A DNA stretch of 64,000 bases from NCBI GenBank assembly GCA_963768055.1, contig CAVYGN010000001.1, positions 1,230,080 to 1,294,079 of the forward strand. The letters are read 5' to 3'. The position numbers and the translations under genes were made by a program. Numbering within the stretch: the stretch's first letter is position 1; each line of letters starts with the position of its first letter. The notes below the pieces were generated by a model. That model was given only the letters and a program-made list of their open reading frames with translations, was not told the DNA's origin and made no database searches. Below are positions 47,042 through 55,413 of the stretch, one piece after another. The stretch is from an uncultured Spirochaetota bacterium (GTDB taxonomy: Bacteria; Spirochaetota; Brevinematia; Brevinematales; JAOACQ01).

Positions 47042-48304
47042 ATGAAGATTTTATTTTCACTTGCAATAATATTCTTTATAACTCAATTATCATATACGCT
47101 GGAAAAAAAGGTGGCTGTATGCGAGATCAGGGAAGCAATAACACCGGTAACTGAGAAATATATAATAAGGAGCCTGGATGCGGCAAAATCAGGTAAATTT
47201 GACGCCGTAATATTTAAAATGGACACGCCCGGAGGCCTGCTCGACAGTACGCGCAGCATTGTACAGGCACTGCTTAATTCAACAATCGATACCATAGTTT
47301 ACGTTTCTCCCTCAGGGGCACGTGCAGGGTCCGCGGGAGTTTTTATTACATTATCCGCCAAATATGCGGCCATGGCCCCTGCATGTAATATCGGCGCCGC
47401 ACATCCGGTGACAATCGGAAACCAGGGAGGTGTGGAAAAAGAGGATGAAAACGCGAAACATCTTTCACAGAAAATTGAAAACGACTCAATTGCATTTATA
47501 AAATCAATCGCAAAGGAAAGAAAAAGAAATATTGAATGGGCCGTCGACTCGGTTAAAGAAAGCGTATCAATAACCAGCGAAGAAGCCCTGAAAAAGGGTG
47601 TTATAGATTTTATAGCAAAGGATGATTCCGACCTTGTGAGACAGATCTATGGAAAAGATACTGTTTATCTTTTTCAGCCGATTAAAAAAAATTGGGCCGA
47701 ATCTTTACTTAGTGTTCTGGCAAATCCGAATCTTGTTTATTTCCTTATGATTCTTGGTTTTTACGGGATCCTATATGAAATAATTCATCCGGGAACTATT
47801 TTTTCAGGCGCCACCGGCGCCTTACTCCTTATTGTTGCTCTTTTTTCGATGCAGTATCTTCCATTTAGCTTCGCCGGTTTTTTCCTTATTGTTCTGGCTT
47901 TTGTACTTTTTTTAATTGAAATTTTCACAACATCGCATGGTTTTCTAATCATCGGAGGATTGATCAGCCTTATAATCGGTTCTGCAATGCTATTCGACTC
48001 TCCCCTGCCCTTCCTGAGGGTTTCTTACACCTCGATAGCAGTTGTTACAATAACTACCTTCCTTGTTTTTACCGGCCTTGTATATCTGATTTCAAAAGTA
48101 CTATACAGGAAGGCTATATCCGGCAAAGACGGGATGATAGGCCAGAAGGGGGTTGCCTTTACAGATTTTATCGGAGGAAAGGGCAAAGTATTTTTTCATG
48201 GTGAAATCTGGAAAGCTAATTCTGAAACAGATATAAAAAAGGACAGCGATGTTACGATTAAAAGCATAAAAGGGCTAGAAATATCAGTTAGAGAACAGAA
48301 ATGA
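47042..48304 (+). CDS. NfeD-family membrane-bound ClpP-class serine protease (long form with C-terminal OB domain)
   Basis: ClpP-like N-domain (DTPGGLLDST...GSAGVFI), a TM block, and a C-terminal GKVFFHGEIWKA. Start moved to ATG 47042. Confidence 0.75.
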   Translation: MKILFSLAIIFFITQLSYTLEKKVAVCEIREAITPVTEKYIIRSLDAAKSGKFDAVIFKMDTPGGLLDSTRSIVQALLNSTIDTIVYVSPSGARAGSAGVFITLSAKYAAMAPACNIGAAHPVTIGNQGGVEKEDENAKHLSQKIENDSIAFIKSIAKERKRNIEWAVDSVKESVSITSEEALKKGVIDFIAKDDSDLVRQIYGKDTVYLFQPIKKNWAESLLSVLANPNLVYFLMILGFYGILYEIIHPGTIFSGATGALLLIVALFSMQYLPFSFAGFFLIVLAFVLFLIEIFTTSHGFLIIGGLISLIIGSAMLFDSPLPFLRVSYTSIAVVTITTFLVFTGLVYLISKVLYRKAISGKDGMIGQKGVAFTDFIGGKGKVFFHGEIWKANSETDIKKDSDVTIKSIKGLEISVREQK

Positions 48305-48437
48305 TTATAAAATTATTATTAAAAAATAGTATTCTATTAATTTCATAAATGAGTTAAAATAAAAGTATTATATTATAACCGTTTCAAATTTAAGTTATTA
48401 GAGTTGACCTTTTAATGAAATTTGCCGGGAGTATGGA

Positions 48438-49136
48438 ATGGCTTCAAATGATAACTCGTACATTCAAAGAATAAATAACGGAAGGTCCTTTTCTATCAAG
48501 TTATATAATAACGACAGGGGCATAAATAACTCGATCAAGAGAACAATTGAAAGTATTTTTATTAAATATAACAGGAATGATTTGAACGATATCATCTATT
48601 TTTGCATAAAAGAACTGATCCTGAATGCGATAATGACTAATGTAAAATCCCTTTTTTTTCAAAAAAATAAGCTCAATATAAACAACATCGCGGATTATGT
48701 CGCCGGAATTACAAAGTTTAACGATATGATTGAAAAAAACGAGGCAAAAAAATATTTCGCTGCGCTTCCTGAAGAAGATCTCTGGGTAAAATTCAATGTG
48801 AAGCATAGTAAACATGGATTAAAATTCGAAATAACGAATAATTCCCCTATTGTAGGAATAGAGGAAAAACAGATCAGGATGAAGCTCCAGAAATCGATGA
48901 TTTCCATAGATTTGATAGATTTTAACAATGACCTCGGATATGACGCCTATGATGAAAAGATGGGACTTGCCATGGTCGCAATGCTGCTTAAAAAGGCAAA
49001 CCTGGATGTCAGCCTTTTTCGCGTAGGAACGACTAACGGTATAACACTCTCCCGCATCGAAGTGCCGTTCTCTTCAAAGTTCAGGTCCAGCAGGAATAAA
49101 AAACCCGTAATAAAAAATGCCGGGGACGAGACTTGA
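48438..49136 (+). CDS. Hypothetical GHKL/HATPase_c-like protein (possible anti-sigma-type kinase)
   Basis: N-box-like IKELILNAIMTN and G-box-like EKMGLAMVAMLL. The assignment is weak. Confidence 0.4.
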   Translation: MASNDNSYIQRINNGRSFSIKLYNNDRGINNSIKRTIESIFIKYNRNDLNDIIYFCIKELILNAIMTNVKSLFFQKNKLNINNIADYVAGITKFNDMIEKNEAKKYFAALPEEDLWVKFNVKHSKHGLKFEITNNSPIVGIEEKQIRMKLQKSMISIDLIDFNNDLGYDAYDEKMGLAMVAMLLKKANLDVSLFRVGTTNGITLSRIEVPFSSKFRSSRNKKPVIKNAGDET

Positions 49137-49201
49137 ACTCACACAGGCTAACGCCCACTAGCCCCTCAAGCTAGCGTGTCTACCAATTCCACCACCCCGG
49201 C
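49118..49201 (-). tRNA. tRNA-Leu (anticodon GAG), class II with long variable arm; CCA not encoded
   Basis: GCCGGGGTGGTGGAATTGGTAGACACGCTAGCTTGAGGGGCTAGTGGGCGTTAGCCTGTGTGAGTTCAAGTCTCGTCCCCGGCA. It has a 7-bp acceptor stem, the anticodon stem-loop CTAGC-TTGAGGG-GCTAG, and the T-loop TTCAAGT. Confidence 0.92.
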
Positions 49202-49257
49202 ACAATTGAAAAATATTATAAGGGGTCACATTCCTTTAGTCAAATTATCTTATTTAA

Positions 49258-50271
49258 CTAAAAATTAATTTCGTCACCGATATAAAACCTTGTATATACT
49301 CCATCGGAGCCGATCAAAATCCCAAACGAATCTACCTTGAAAAATTCCTTTTTAAGAGAAACCTCGTAAAGAGTTGGGGCGTAATTCATTATCAACTCCC
49401 TGAAACCCAGGGTAAATTCATGCCAGGTTACCGCTTCCTCAAGCCTTACCCAGATATTTCCTGTAAGGGGATCATAAGTCTGGTCAGCGGAATTTGTTGT
49501 GCCTCCCCCCCAGTAAATCCCCTCAAGAATGCCATTGAAGGTAAAATCCCCAGCCTGGTATTTTCCCCCGAAACTCAACTGGCTGCAGGTCGCTATATTA
49601 GAAAGGCCGGTATCGAACCAGTTTGTAACTATCTCCGAATGCTGAAATAAAGCTCTTATATAGAAATTATCGAAAGTAATTTTCCCAAGAATCGCCTTGG
49701 GTATATCGTGCCTGAAATCCCCCTGGGAATAAGCCAGTTCGAAATGATCATCCATGTAGCCTGCCCTGATCCCCGCCGGCGGCACGACATAATTAATATT
49801 GTTGTTTACGTACTGCGGAGGCGAATCATAAGTCTCCGTCGAGTTATTTCCGTTTATATACGATGGAAAAAGCATGAAAGTTTCGGTATTGAACTGGTAG
49901 ACGGCCGCTCCTCGCAGGGAAATGAAAAACATTTTAAACAGCCTGTATTCCGAACCGTAATCGTAGAGATTGAGGTTGCCCAGGTCATACCCGTAGTTAG
50001 TATCCGGATTATGAGTATCTTTATAACCGTAAACAGTGGCGAATATCTGCAGATCGTTTATATCGTCGCTAAAATCGTAATTCCCTCTTGCATACATAAA
50101 CCTCACCTGTGCCGTATCGGAGTGGAAACCGTAACTCGCCAGCCCGTAAGAATGAATGTCGAAAGCGTTTGTCTCAAAGTAGTCGTCAGATATGTAGTCG
50201 ATTGAAAAAGCGGTTCCAGCGCAGATAACCATTGCCGCCGATATAGCAACCGCCGCAGAATACTTAAACAT
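49258..50271 (-). CDS. Hypothetical outer-membrane beta-barrel protein
   Basis: Signal peptide MFKYSAAVAISAAMVICAGTAFS, aromatic-rich alternating strands, and a C-terminal ...GDEINF. ATG 50271 lies 7 nt after AGGAG (the track starts one codon earlier at a TTG). Confidence 0.6.
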   Translation of the reverse strand: MFKYSAAVAISAAMVICAGTAFSIDYISDDYFETNAFDIHSYGLASYGFHSDTAQVRFMYARGNYDFSDDINDLQIFATVYGYKDTHNPDTNYGYDLGNLNLYDYGSEYRLFKMFFISLRGAAVYQFNTETFMLFPSYINGNNSTETYDSPPQYVNNNINYVVPPAGIRAGYMDDHFELAYSQGDFRHDIPKAILGKITFDNFYIRALFQHSEIVTNWFDTGLSNIATCSQLSFGGKYQAGDFTFNGILEGIYWGGGTTNSADQTYDPLTGNIWVRLEEAVTWHEFTLGFRELIMNYAPTLYEVSLKKEFFKVDSFGILIGSDGVYTRFYIGDEINF

Positions 50272-50407
50272 CAATAGCTCCTAAAAAATGATCATTAGTA
50301 TAAAGGGCAGATAAAATAATTCAAGAATATTGCTTATTGCATTACGGGCGGTTCCAAAAACTATTTTTGAAATTAACAATTATTGTCCTGATTGTAATCA
50401 AGATCGT

Positions 50408-50488
50408 CCTATGAGCCCTGGTGCCTGGCCCCAGGACAGGTGCGCTTGTCCCCGTAGGGCCCGTAGGGAGCGCCCTAAAGCGAAATAT
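50408..50488 (-). repeat. Structured intergenic repeat, copy 2 (inverted relative to 25012-25112)
   Basis: The reverse complement reads atatttcgctttagggcgc-tccctacgggccctacgggg-ac-aagcgcacctgtcctggggccaggcaccagggctcatagg. Confidence 0.8.
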
Positions 50489-50563
50489 TAAAATTTTAAA
50501 GATAAGGGACAGTAATCCTGAAAAATGATTGAACGGGGTTTACTTGCTACTTGCAGCTCGTAA

Positions 50564-51667
50564 CTAAATAATATCCAGATGGCTGTACAATATGAAAAAA
50601 GATATCAGAAATGACAGAATCAGGATCAGAAAACCGGAGGCTGTTTTTAAAAAGACGCTTTTCCTGTTTCTAACCCGGCCCATTAACGATATATCCAGTA
50701 AAGCCTTGATCCTTAACAGCAGCGGCGATGATTCGGTATAAAGGCACGACATGAGGGAAAATTGAGGGGTTTTTATATAAAAGGCGGCTTTTTTTAAAAG
50801 CTCCGCAAGGGTAATCGAATTGCAGTCATAGTTAACGCAGTTGTTATCACAGGTCAATTCCCTCGTCAGGTTGATCTTTTTCACATATTGGTGGATAAAG
50901 GGTATAAACCAGAAAAATGATTTCATCAAAATCACTAAATGCTGGGTCAACGCGTTCAACCAGCCTATATGCCCTATCTCATGCACTATCAGTGCCTCAT
51001 ATTCTTCATCTGTCAGCTTTTTATAAAAATTAGCCGGGATTATAATTTTAGGGTTCATTATTCCATAGGAGAAGGGTGAAAAACCCTTTTCAGCGGATAT
51101 CCATATTTTAATCTTTTTACTTTCCAGACGCTTAATGAGCTGCGTATTCGTGATCACGCGCTTTGACAATTGCGAACCTGCCAAAATGATTTTTGTGGTT
51201 ATTATGGAATAAGCGGTTTTAATAACGCTAATTATCAACAGGAATAATGATACAGTTAAGAGAGACAAAACTATCATGAGGGTGTATTTAAAACCGATAT
51301 GCTGAGTAAAGATATCGGTAAGAGTAACCATATAGTTATTGTAAATCGAGATATACATATAAAATGTAGGAATATAATAATATGTAGGACCAGCTCCCAT
51401 GTGAAGGGTCATCGACTGTGGAAGTCGATTGACAATGTCAATTCCCCTCGCGACAGCCCAGGAGGCGGTATTAAAATTAAATATTATATCATAAATAATT
51501 TTCAGAAATGGAAGCATTCTAAAAAAATAAACAGTCTTGAACATTTTCTTCCTGTTGAAGCCCAGGATCAGGATAAAAAACTCTACCATAAGGGCAGATA
51601 TACCGAAAGCTATAATGCTGTTGAAAACAATATTAGCCAAATAATAAATTAAAATTTCACCCGGCAT
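50564..51667 (-). CDS. BlaR1/MecR1-like M56 peptidase-family membrane signal transducer lacking a penicillin-binding sensor domain
   Basis: Multi-TM N-terminus and zinc motif LIVHEIGHIGW. The short C-terminal region contains CDNNCVNYDC. Confidence 0.75.
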   Translation of the reverse strand: MPGEILIYYLANIVFNSIIAFGISALMVEFFILILGFNRKKMFKTVYFFRMLPFLKIIYDIIFNFNTASWAVARGIDIVNRLPQSMTLHMGAGPTYYYIPTFYMYISIYNNYMVTLTDIFTQHIGFKYTLMIVLSLLTVSLFLLIISVIKTAYSIITTKIILAGSQLSKRVITNTQLIKRLESKKIKIWISAEKGFSPFSYGIMNPKIIIPANFYKKLTDEEYEALIVHEIGHIGWLNALTQHLVILMKSFFWFIPFIHQYVKKINLTRELTCDNNCVNYDCNSITLAELLKKAAFYIKTPQFSLMSCLYTESSPLLLRIKALLDISLMGRVRNRKSVFLKTASGFLILILSFLISFFILYSHLDII

Positions 51668-51674
51668 TTTCTAA

Positions 51675-52061
51675 TCAAACCCTCTTTAATTCCTTTTTTC
51701 TTTTTTCGATCAATTTGCTGATAAGAGCAAGTTCTTCGTCATGAATATCATCCGCGTTGTCGATAAGGTAATTAACCATTTGAAAAGATTTCCCGCCGAA
51801 AATCGATTTCTTGATTTTATCGAGCATTGAACTGATAGCCTGGCTCTTTTCCATTTTGATGCTGAATACGTAGTTTTTACCGACTTTCGACCTGTCAACC
51901 ATTCCCTTTGTAAACATCCTTGAAAGAACGGTTAAAATCGTCGTATAAGCCACATCTTTTCCTATTGAATTCTGCACATCAAAAACGCTCGCTTCCTTTT
52001 TTTCCCATAAGACGTTCATAACCTTAAGTTCCAGTTCTCCGAAAATTCTTTTTTGTTCCAT
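51675..52061 (-). CDS. BlaI/MecI/CopY-family winged-helix repressor
   Basis: 128 aa. ELELKVMNVLWEKKEASVFDVQNSI...YTTILTVLSRMFTKGMV. Sits directly upstream of the M56 gene. Confidence 0.85.
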   Translation of the reverse strand: MEQKRIFGELELKVMNVLWEKKEASVFDVQNSIGKDVAYTTILTVLSRMFTKGMVDRSKVGKNYVFSIKMEKSQAISSMLDKIKKSIFGGKSFQMVNYLIDNADDIHDEELALISKLIEKRKKELKRV

Positions 52062-52098
52062 GGGCCATCCTTAAGATCAATTATTTAATAACAATATT

Positions 52099-52127
52099 AT
52101 TATACTACATATGTAGTATGATGTCAA
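52099..52127 (-). promoter_or_regulatory. Consensus sigma70 promoter (TTGACA-17 nt-TATAAT) of the blaI-blaR1-like operon
   Basis: The minus strand reads ttgacatcatactacatatgtagtataat. Confidence 0.65.
52102..52119. promoter_or_regulatory. 18-bp perfect palindrome ATACTACATATGTAGTAT, candidate BlaI-family operator (TACA/TGTA type)
   Basis: Occupies the promoter spacer and -10. BlaI/MecI operators are known to contain TACA...TGTA dyads. Confidence 0.6.
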
Positions 52128-52463
52128 GCAATATTTTTCGGAAAAATATTAGTTATAAGCAAAAGTTGAAACCGCAGATTATTTATGCCCGCAGGGTACA
52201 CAGATTAAGTGGAATCCGAGGTTCAAGTTCTCGATTTATAACAGATGCACAATAAATCTCTCTAAATGTTCTCGTTTTAATTGAATAATTTGAATTAAAG
52301 GATTAAAATATATCGGATAATGCGTTGTTTTTTTTTAACAAACTATCACTAATAATTTAAAAATACTTAACTGCGCGGGGTAAATGGTCGAAAATTTAAG
52401 TAGGATAATTTTGCCCCCTGTTAAACCGCTTCTTTTGCCTTTATATTGGAAGATGGAGTTAAA

Positions 52464-53702
52464 ATGCCGGAAGAGATCGTATTCGAGGTAGCCAACTTTA
52501 AAAAAAATTCCTATATCATCATTGAAGACCAGGAAGATTCCAACGAATTTTTTATAATTAAACAGGGCAAAGTCATTGAAAACCGCTTTGCATCGGCGAT
52601 CGAATCGGAGAGCGGTACAAACCTGACAGTCGGAGATTTCTTCGGGGTAATATCCTGCATGACAAAAAGGCCCAGGATTGAAACCGTACAGGCAGTCGAA
52701 GACACCTCTACGATAGTTGTCAAAAGAGAATACTTCGGCTCCCTCATTCAGAAGAACACGCCTATTGCCATGAAAATACTCAGGTATTTCGGCAGGCAGC
52801 TCAGATATTACGATTCGCTATTGACAAAAATGACTCTTAAATCCTCTATTGAAGAAAATCCCAATTATCTCTTCAACATCGGCGAGTATTATAATTCGAT
52901 GAATATGCCGACCAATGCCGCTTATGCTTATCTCCATTATATAAAATTTTGCCCTGACGGCGGCTATGTCCCCATGGCTAAAATGAAACTGGCTAAGATC
53001 AATCCGTCGCAGGATGCGCTCCTGCCTGCAAAGGAAAGTTTTTATTCGCTGTATAAAGACGGCCAGATAATTTTTCTTGAACATGAACCCGGAGCTGAAT
53101 TATATATACTGCAGGAAGGAAAAATTAAGATAACAAAACTGGTCAATAATAATGAGATCCTTTTAGCCGTTCTTAAGAAAGGGGATATTTTCGGCGAAAT
53201 GTCTTTACTTGACAACAAGCCCAGAAGCGCCAGCGCTATCGCTTTCGGGAACGCTAAATTAATGGTTGTAAGTAAGGCCAATTTCGAACCCATGGTTCAG
53301 GCCCATCCTGAAATTGCAACAAAAATAATAGAACTTTTGAGCGAAAGAACATGGATAATATATAAGCAATTTTCCAATGTTTTAATAAAAGATCCTATCG
53401 GGAAATTATATGATGCTCTATATACACATCTGCAAAAGGCCCGGGTACCGATAAACCCGAGCACGGCTCATACTTTTGATTTCGGGTCTGAAGAGCTGAT
53501 AAAATTAGTCGGTTTCAACTCCGAGGAAGGTCATATCAATATAAAAAAGTTTTTCGACGAGGACAAAACTTTAAGTATTCAGGACGGTAAAATTTTCTCA
53601 AAAGATGTAACCAGTATAGAAAAGATGGTACATGTTTACAGAAGGAATATGGAACTTGAGAAAAAGCGTTTGGCCCCTCAGCAAACCTCCTCGTTGTATT
53701 GA
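52464..53702 (+). CDS. Dual cyclic-nucleotide-binding-domain protein with TPR-like linker and degenerate Crp-like C-terminal wHTH
   Basis: CNB1 has GDFFGVISCMTKRPRIETVQA (degenerate). CNB2 has GDIFGEMSLLDNKPRSASAIA (canonical FGE...RSA). The C-terminus FGSEELIKLVGFNSEEGHINIKKF resembles a Crp HTH. Start moved to ATG 52464 (GGAG upstream). Confidence 0.75.
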   Translation: MPEEIVFEVANFKKNSYIIIEDQEDSNEFFIIKQGKVIENRFASAIESESGTNLTVGDFFGVISCMTKRPRIETVQAVEDTSTIVVKREYFGSLIQKNTPIAMKILRYFGRQLRYYDSLLTKMTLKSSIEENPNYLFNIGEYYNSMNMPTNAAYAYLHYIKFCPDGGYVPMAKMKLAKINPSQDALLPAKESFYSLYKDGQIIFLEHEPGAELYILQEGKIKITKLVNNNEILLAVLKKGDIFGEMSLLDNKPRSASAIAFGNAKLMVVSKANFEPMVQAHPEIATKIIELLSERTWIIYKQFSNVLIKDPIGKLYDALYTHLQKARVPINPSTAHTFDFGSEELIKLVGFNSEEGHINIKKFFDEDKTLSIQDGKIFSKDVTSIEKMVHVYRRNMELEKKRLAPQQTSSLY

Positions 53703-53804
53703 TTCCAGCCCCTTTCCTTTACCTTTTTTAAGAAGTATGTTAAAATTACTTTAAGGATAAATGTTTTTTTATTTGCTTTTTCAATATCTTTTGCAGAGGT
53801 TTTT

Positions 53805-54395
53805 ATGGCCCTTTACCGCCTTCAGAAATGCAGCATCTGCGGTGAAGAAGAAGCCCTGATATTTGTCAAGCTTATAGGAAATGATAAAATTGAGGAAAAG
53901 GGGCTTTGCGCGCATTGCGCCATCAGATATATGAACGGCAAAGAAAAGATAAAAAGTCTCCAGTTTATCGACAGGCGAGTTCTCGATGCGCTTGAAGAGA
54001 TGAGGACCCTCCTGACTGCCATTGTTTCAAACATACAATTCATAAGTGATGTCCTGGGCAAAGACGACAAGAATGAGGTTAAATGCCCTAACTGCGGAAT
54101 ATCTTATAATGATTTAAAAGCAAATGTATTTTTCGGTTGCCCGGTCTGCTACCAGACTTTCAGGGAATTTATTAAAGAATTTATTGTTGAAGTTGAAAGG
54201 GGGCCTTTGCATAAGGGCCGAATGCCGAGAAAATATATACGATTGTATCTTCTAAAAAAAGAGGTCCTTTTCCTAAAAAATCAGTTGAAAAAGCTTATTT
54301 TCCAGGAAAGATACGAAGAGGCCGAAAAAACGAAAAAGAGGCTCGAAAGGCTGATAGGCAGCTATCCTGTCGGAAAGGAAGATGAGATCAATTGA
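53805..54395 (+). CDS. mcsA: McsA-like protein (two CxxC zinc fingers + UVR motif)
   Basis: CSICG...CAHC and CPNCG...CPVC, plus UVR-like LKNQLKKLIFQERYEEAEKTKKRLERL. Confidence 0.8.
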   Translation: MALYRLQKCSICGEEEALIFVKLIGNDKIEEKGLCAHCAIRYMNGKEKIKSLQFIDRRVLDALEEMRTLLTAIVSNIQFISDVLGKDDKNEVKCPNCGISYNDLKANVFFGCPVCYQTFREFIKEFIVEVERGPLHKGRMPRKYIRLYLLKKEVLFLKNQLKKLIFQERYEEAEKTKKRLERLIGSYPVGKEDEIN

Positions 54396-55413
54396 TTTTC
54401 CCAAGCATCAGGAGAGAAAAAGAAACTCTCTTGATCAATTGGTTTTTACTACTAGAGTAAGAATCGCCCGTAATCTTGACGGCATTAAATTTCCGCTTAT
54501 TCTATCTGAGAAGGAAAAGAGCGATATTAACGATCAGGTCAGTAATTATATTACAAAACTTCCAATAGACATTAAAATCGAGACCCTTGACGATATGCCC
54601 AGGGAAAAGGTATTAATATACCTGTCAAACCATATAATAACCAACGAATTTATCAGGAACGGCAGGGTATTGGCCTATGACATCAATGGAAATTGGGTCA
54701 TTCTGCTCAATGAAGACGATCATATCCGTATATTTGCGATCGAGGAAGGGTACAATGTTAAAAATATATATAACAGAATATCCAGTATATTGATCCAGCT
54801 TGAAGATGAAATAGATTTCGCCTTTGATGAAAAATACGGCTATCTGACTGCATCGGCTATGAATTTCGGTACAGGGCTCAGGCTATCAACTCTTGTAAAT
54901 CTTTACGGGCTGACTGCGGAAAAGCACATTGAAAATTTCATCGCGAGCGCTAACAAAACCGGCTATTCTGTTACTAACATAGCCGCATCTTCAAACGATT
55001 CCCCTTTGTTCTATATCTGCAATGTCTTTTCCCTGGGATTATCGGAGGAAGAACTGGTTAATGAATTCGAGACTTTTCTTCAAAGGCTTAACGAACTGGA
55101 AATGGAATCCAGATTGTCTTTTTTCAGCAAAAAGGATGAGCTTGAACTTTCCCTGGAAGAAATAATGGAACTCAATAAAAAAGATAGGATAGATTGGAAT
55201 AATCTTATTTATTACATCGCTCTTATCGATGCCTTGAACAAAAAGCATATTGTGGCCGATAATGTTAACCGGATCAGAAACCTTATATTCCAGTGTACCG
55301 ATGAATACATACAGTATAAATTGATGGCCGAAGCGAACGATATACCTAATATAAGGATCAGGATGCTGAAAAAAAGCATTTCGAATTTGAAATATAAAAA
55401 TCGGAGCGTCTGA
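54382..55413 (+). CDS. mcsB: McsB-like phosphagen-kinase-fold protein (protein arginine kinase homologue, apparently degenerate active site)
   Basis: TTRVRIARNLDGIKFP, NEDDHIRIF and YGYLTASAMNFGTGLRLS. Overlaps mcsA by 14 nt and clpC by 1 nt (TGATG). Confidence 0.75.
   Translation: MRSIDFPKHQERKRNSLDQLVFTTRVRIARNLDGIKFPLILSEKEKSDINDQVSNYITKLPIDIKIETLDDMPREKVLIYLSNHIITNEFIRNGRVLAYDINGNWVILLNEDDHIRIFAIEEGYNVKNIYNRISSILIQLEDEIDFAFDEKYGYLTASAMNFGTGLRLSTLVNLYGLTAEKHIENFIASANKTGYSVTNIAASSNDSPLFYICNVFSLGLSEEELVNEFETFLQRLNELEMESRLSFFSKKDELELSLEEIMELNKKDRIDWNNLIYYIALIDALNKKHIVADNVNRIRNLIFQCTDEYIQYKLMAEANDIPNIRIRMLKKSISNLKYKNRSV

Noticed and set aside
49118-52061. Possible genomic island or integrated element next to tRNA-Leu (OMP-like gene, repeat element, BlaI/BlaR1-like pair).
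   Set aside because: No integrase, transposase or phage genes are present. There is no direct repeat of the tRNA 3' end and no obvious compositional break by eye.
52217-52240. tRNA T-arm-like sequence CGAGG-TTCAAGT-TCTCG followed by ATTTATA in the blaI/cNMP intergenic region (possible tRNA, pseudo-tRNA or att-site remnant).
   Set aside because: I could not build acceptor, D or anticodon arms from the upstream 65-90 nt. It is not an exact repeat of the tRNA-Leu 3' end at 49118-49140 (indels). No integrase is nearby.
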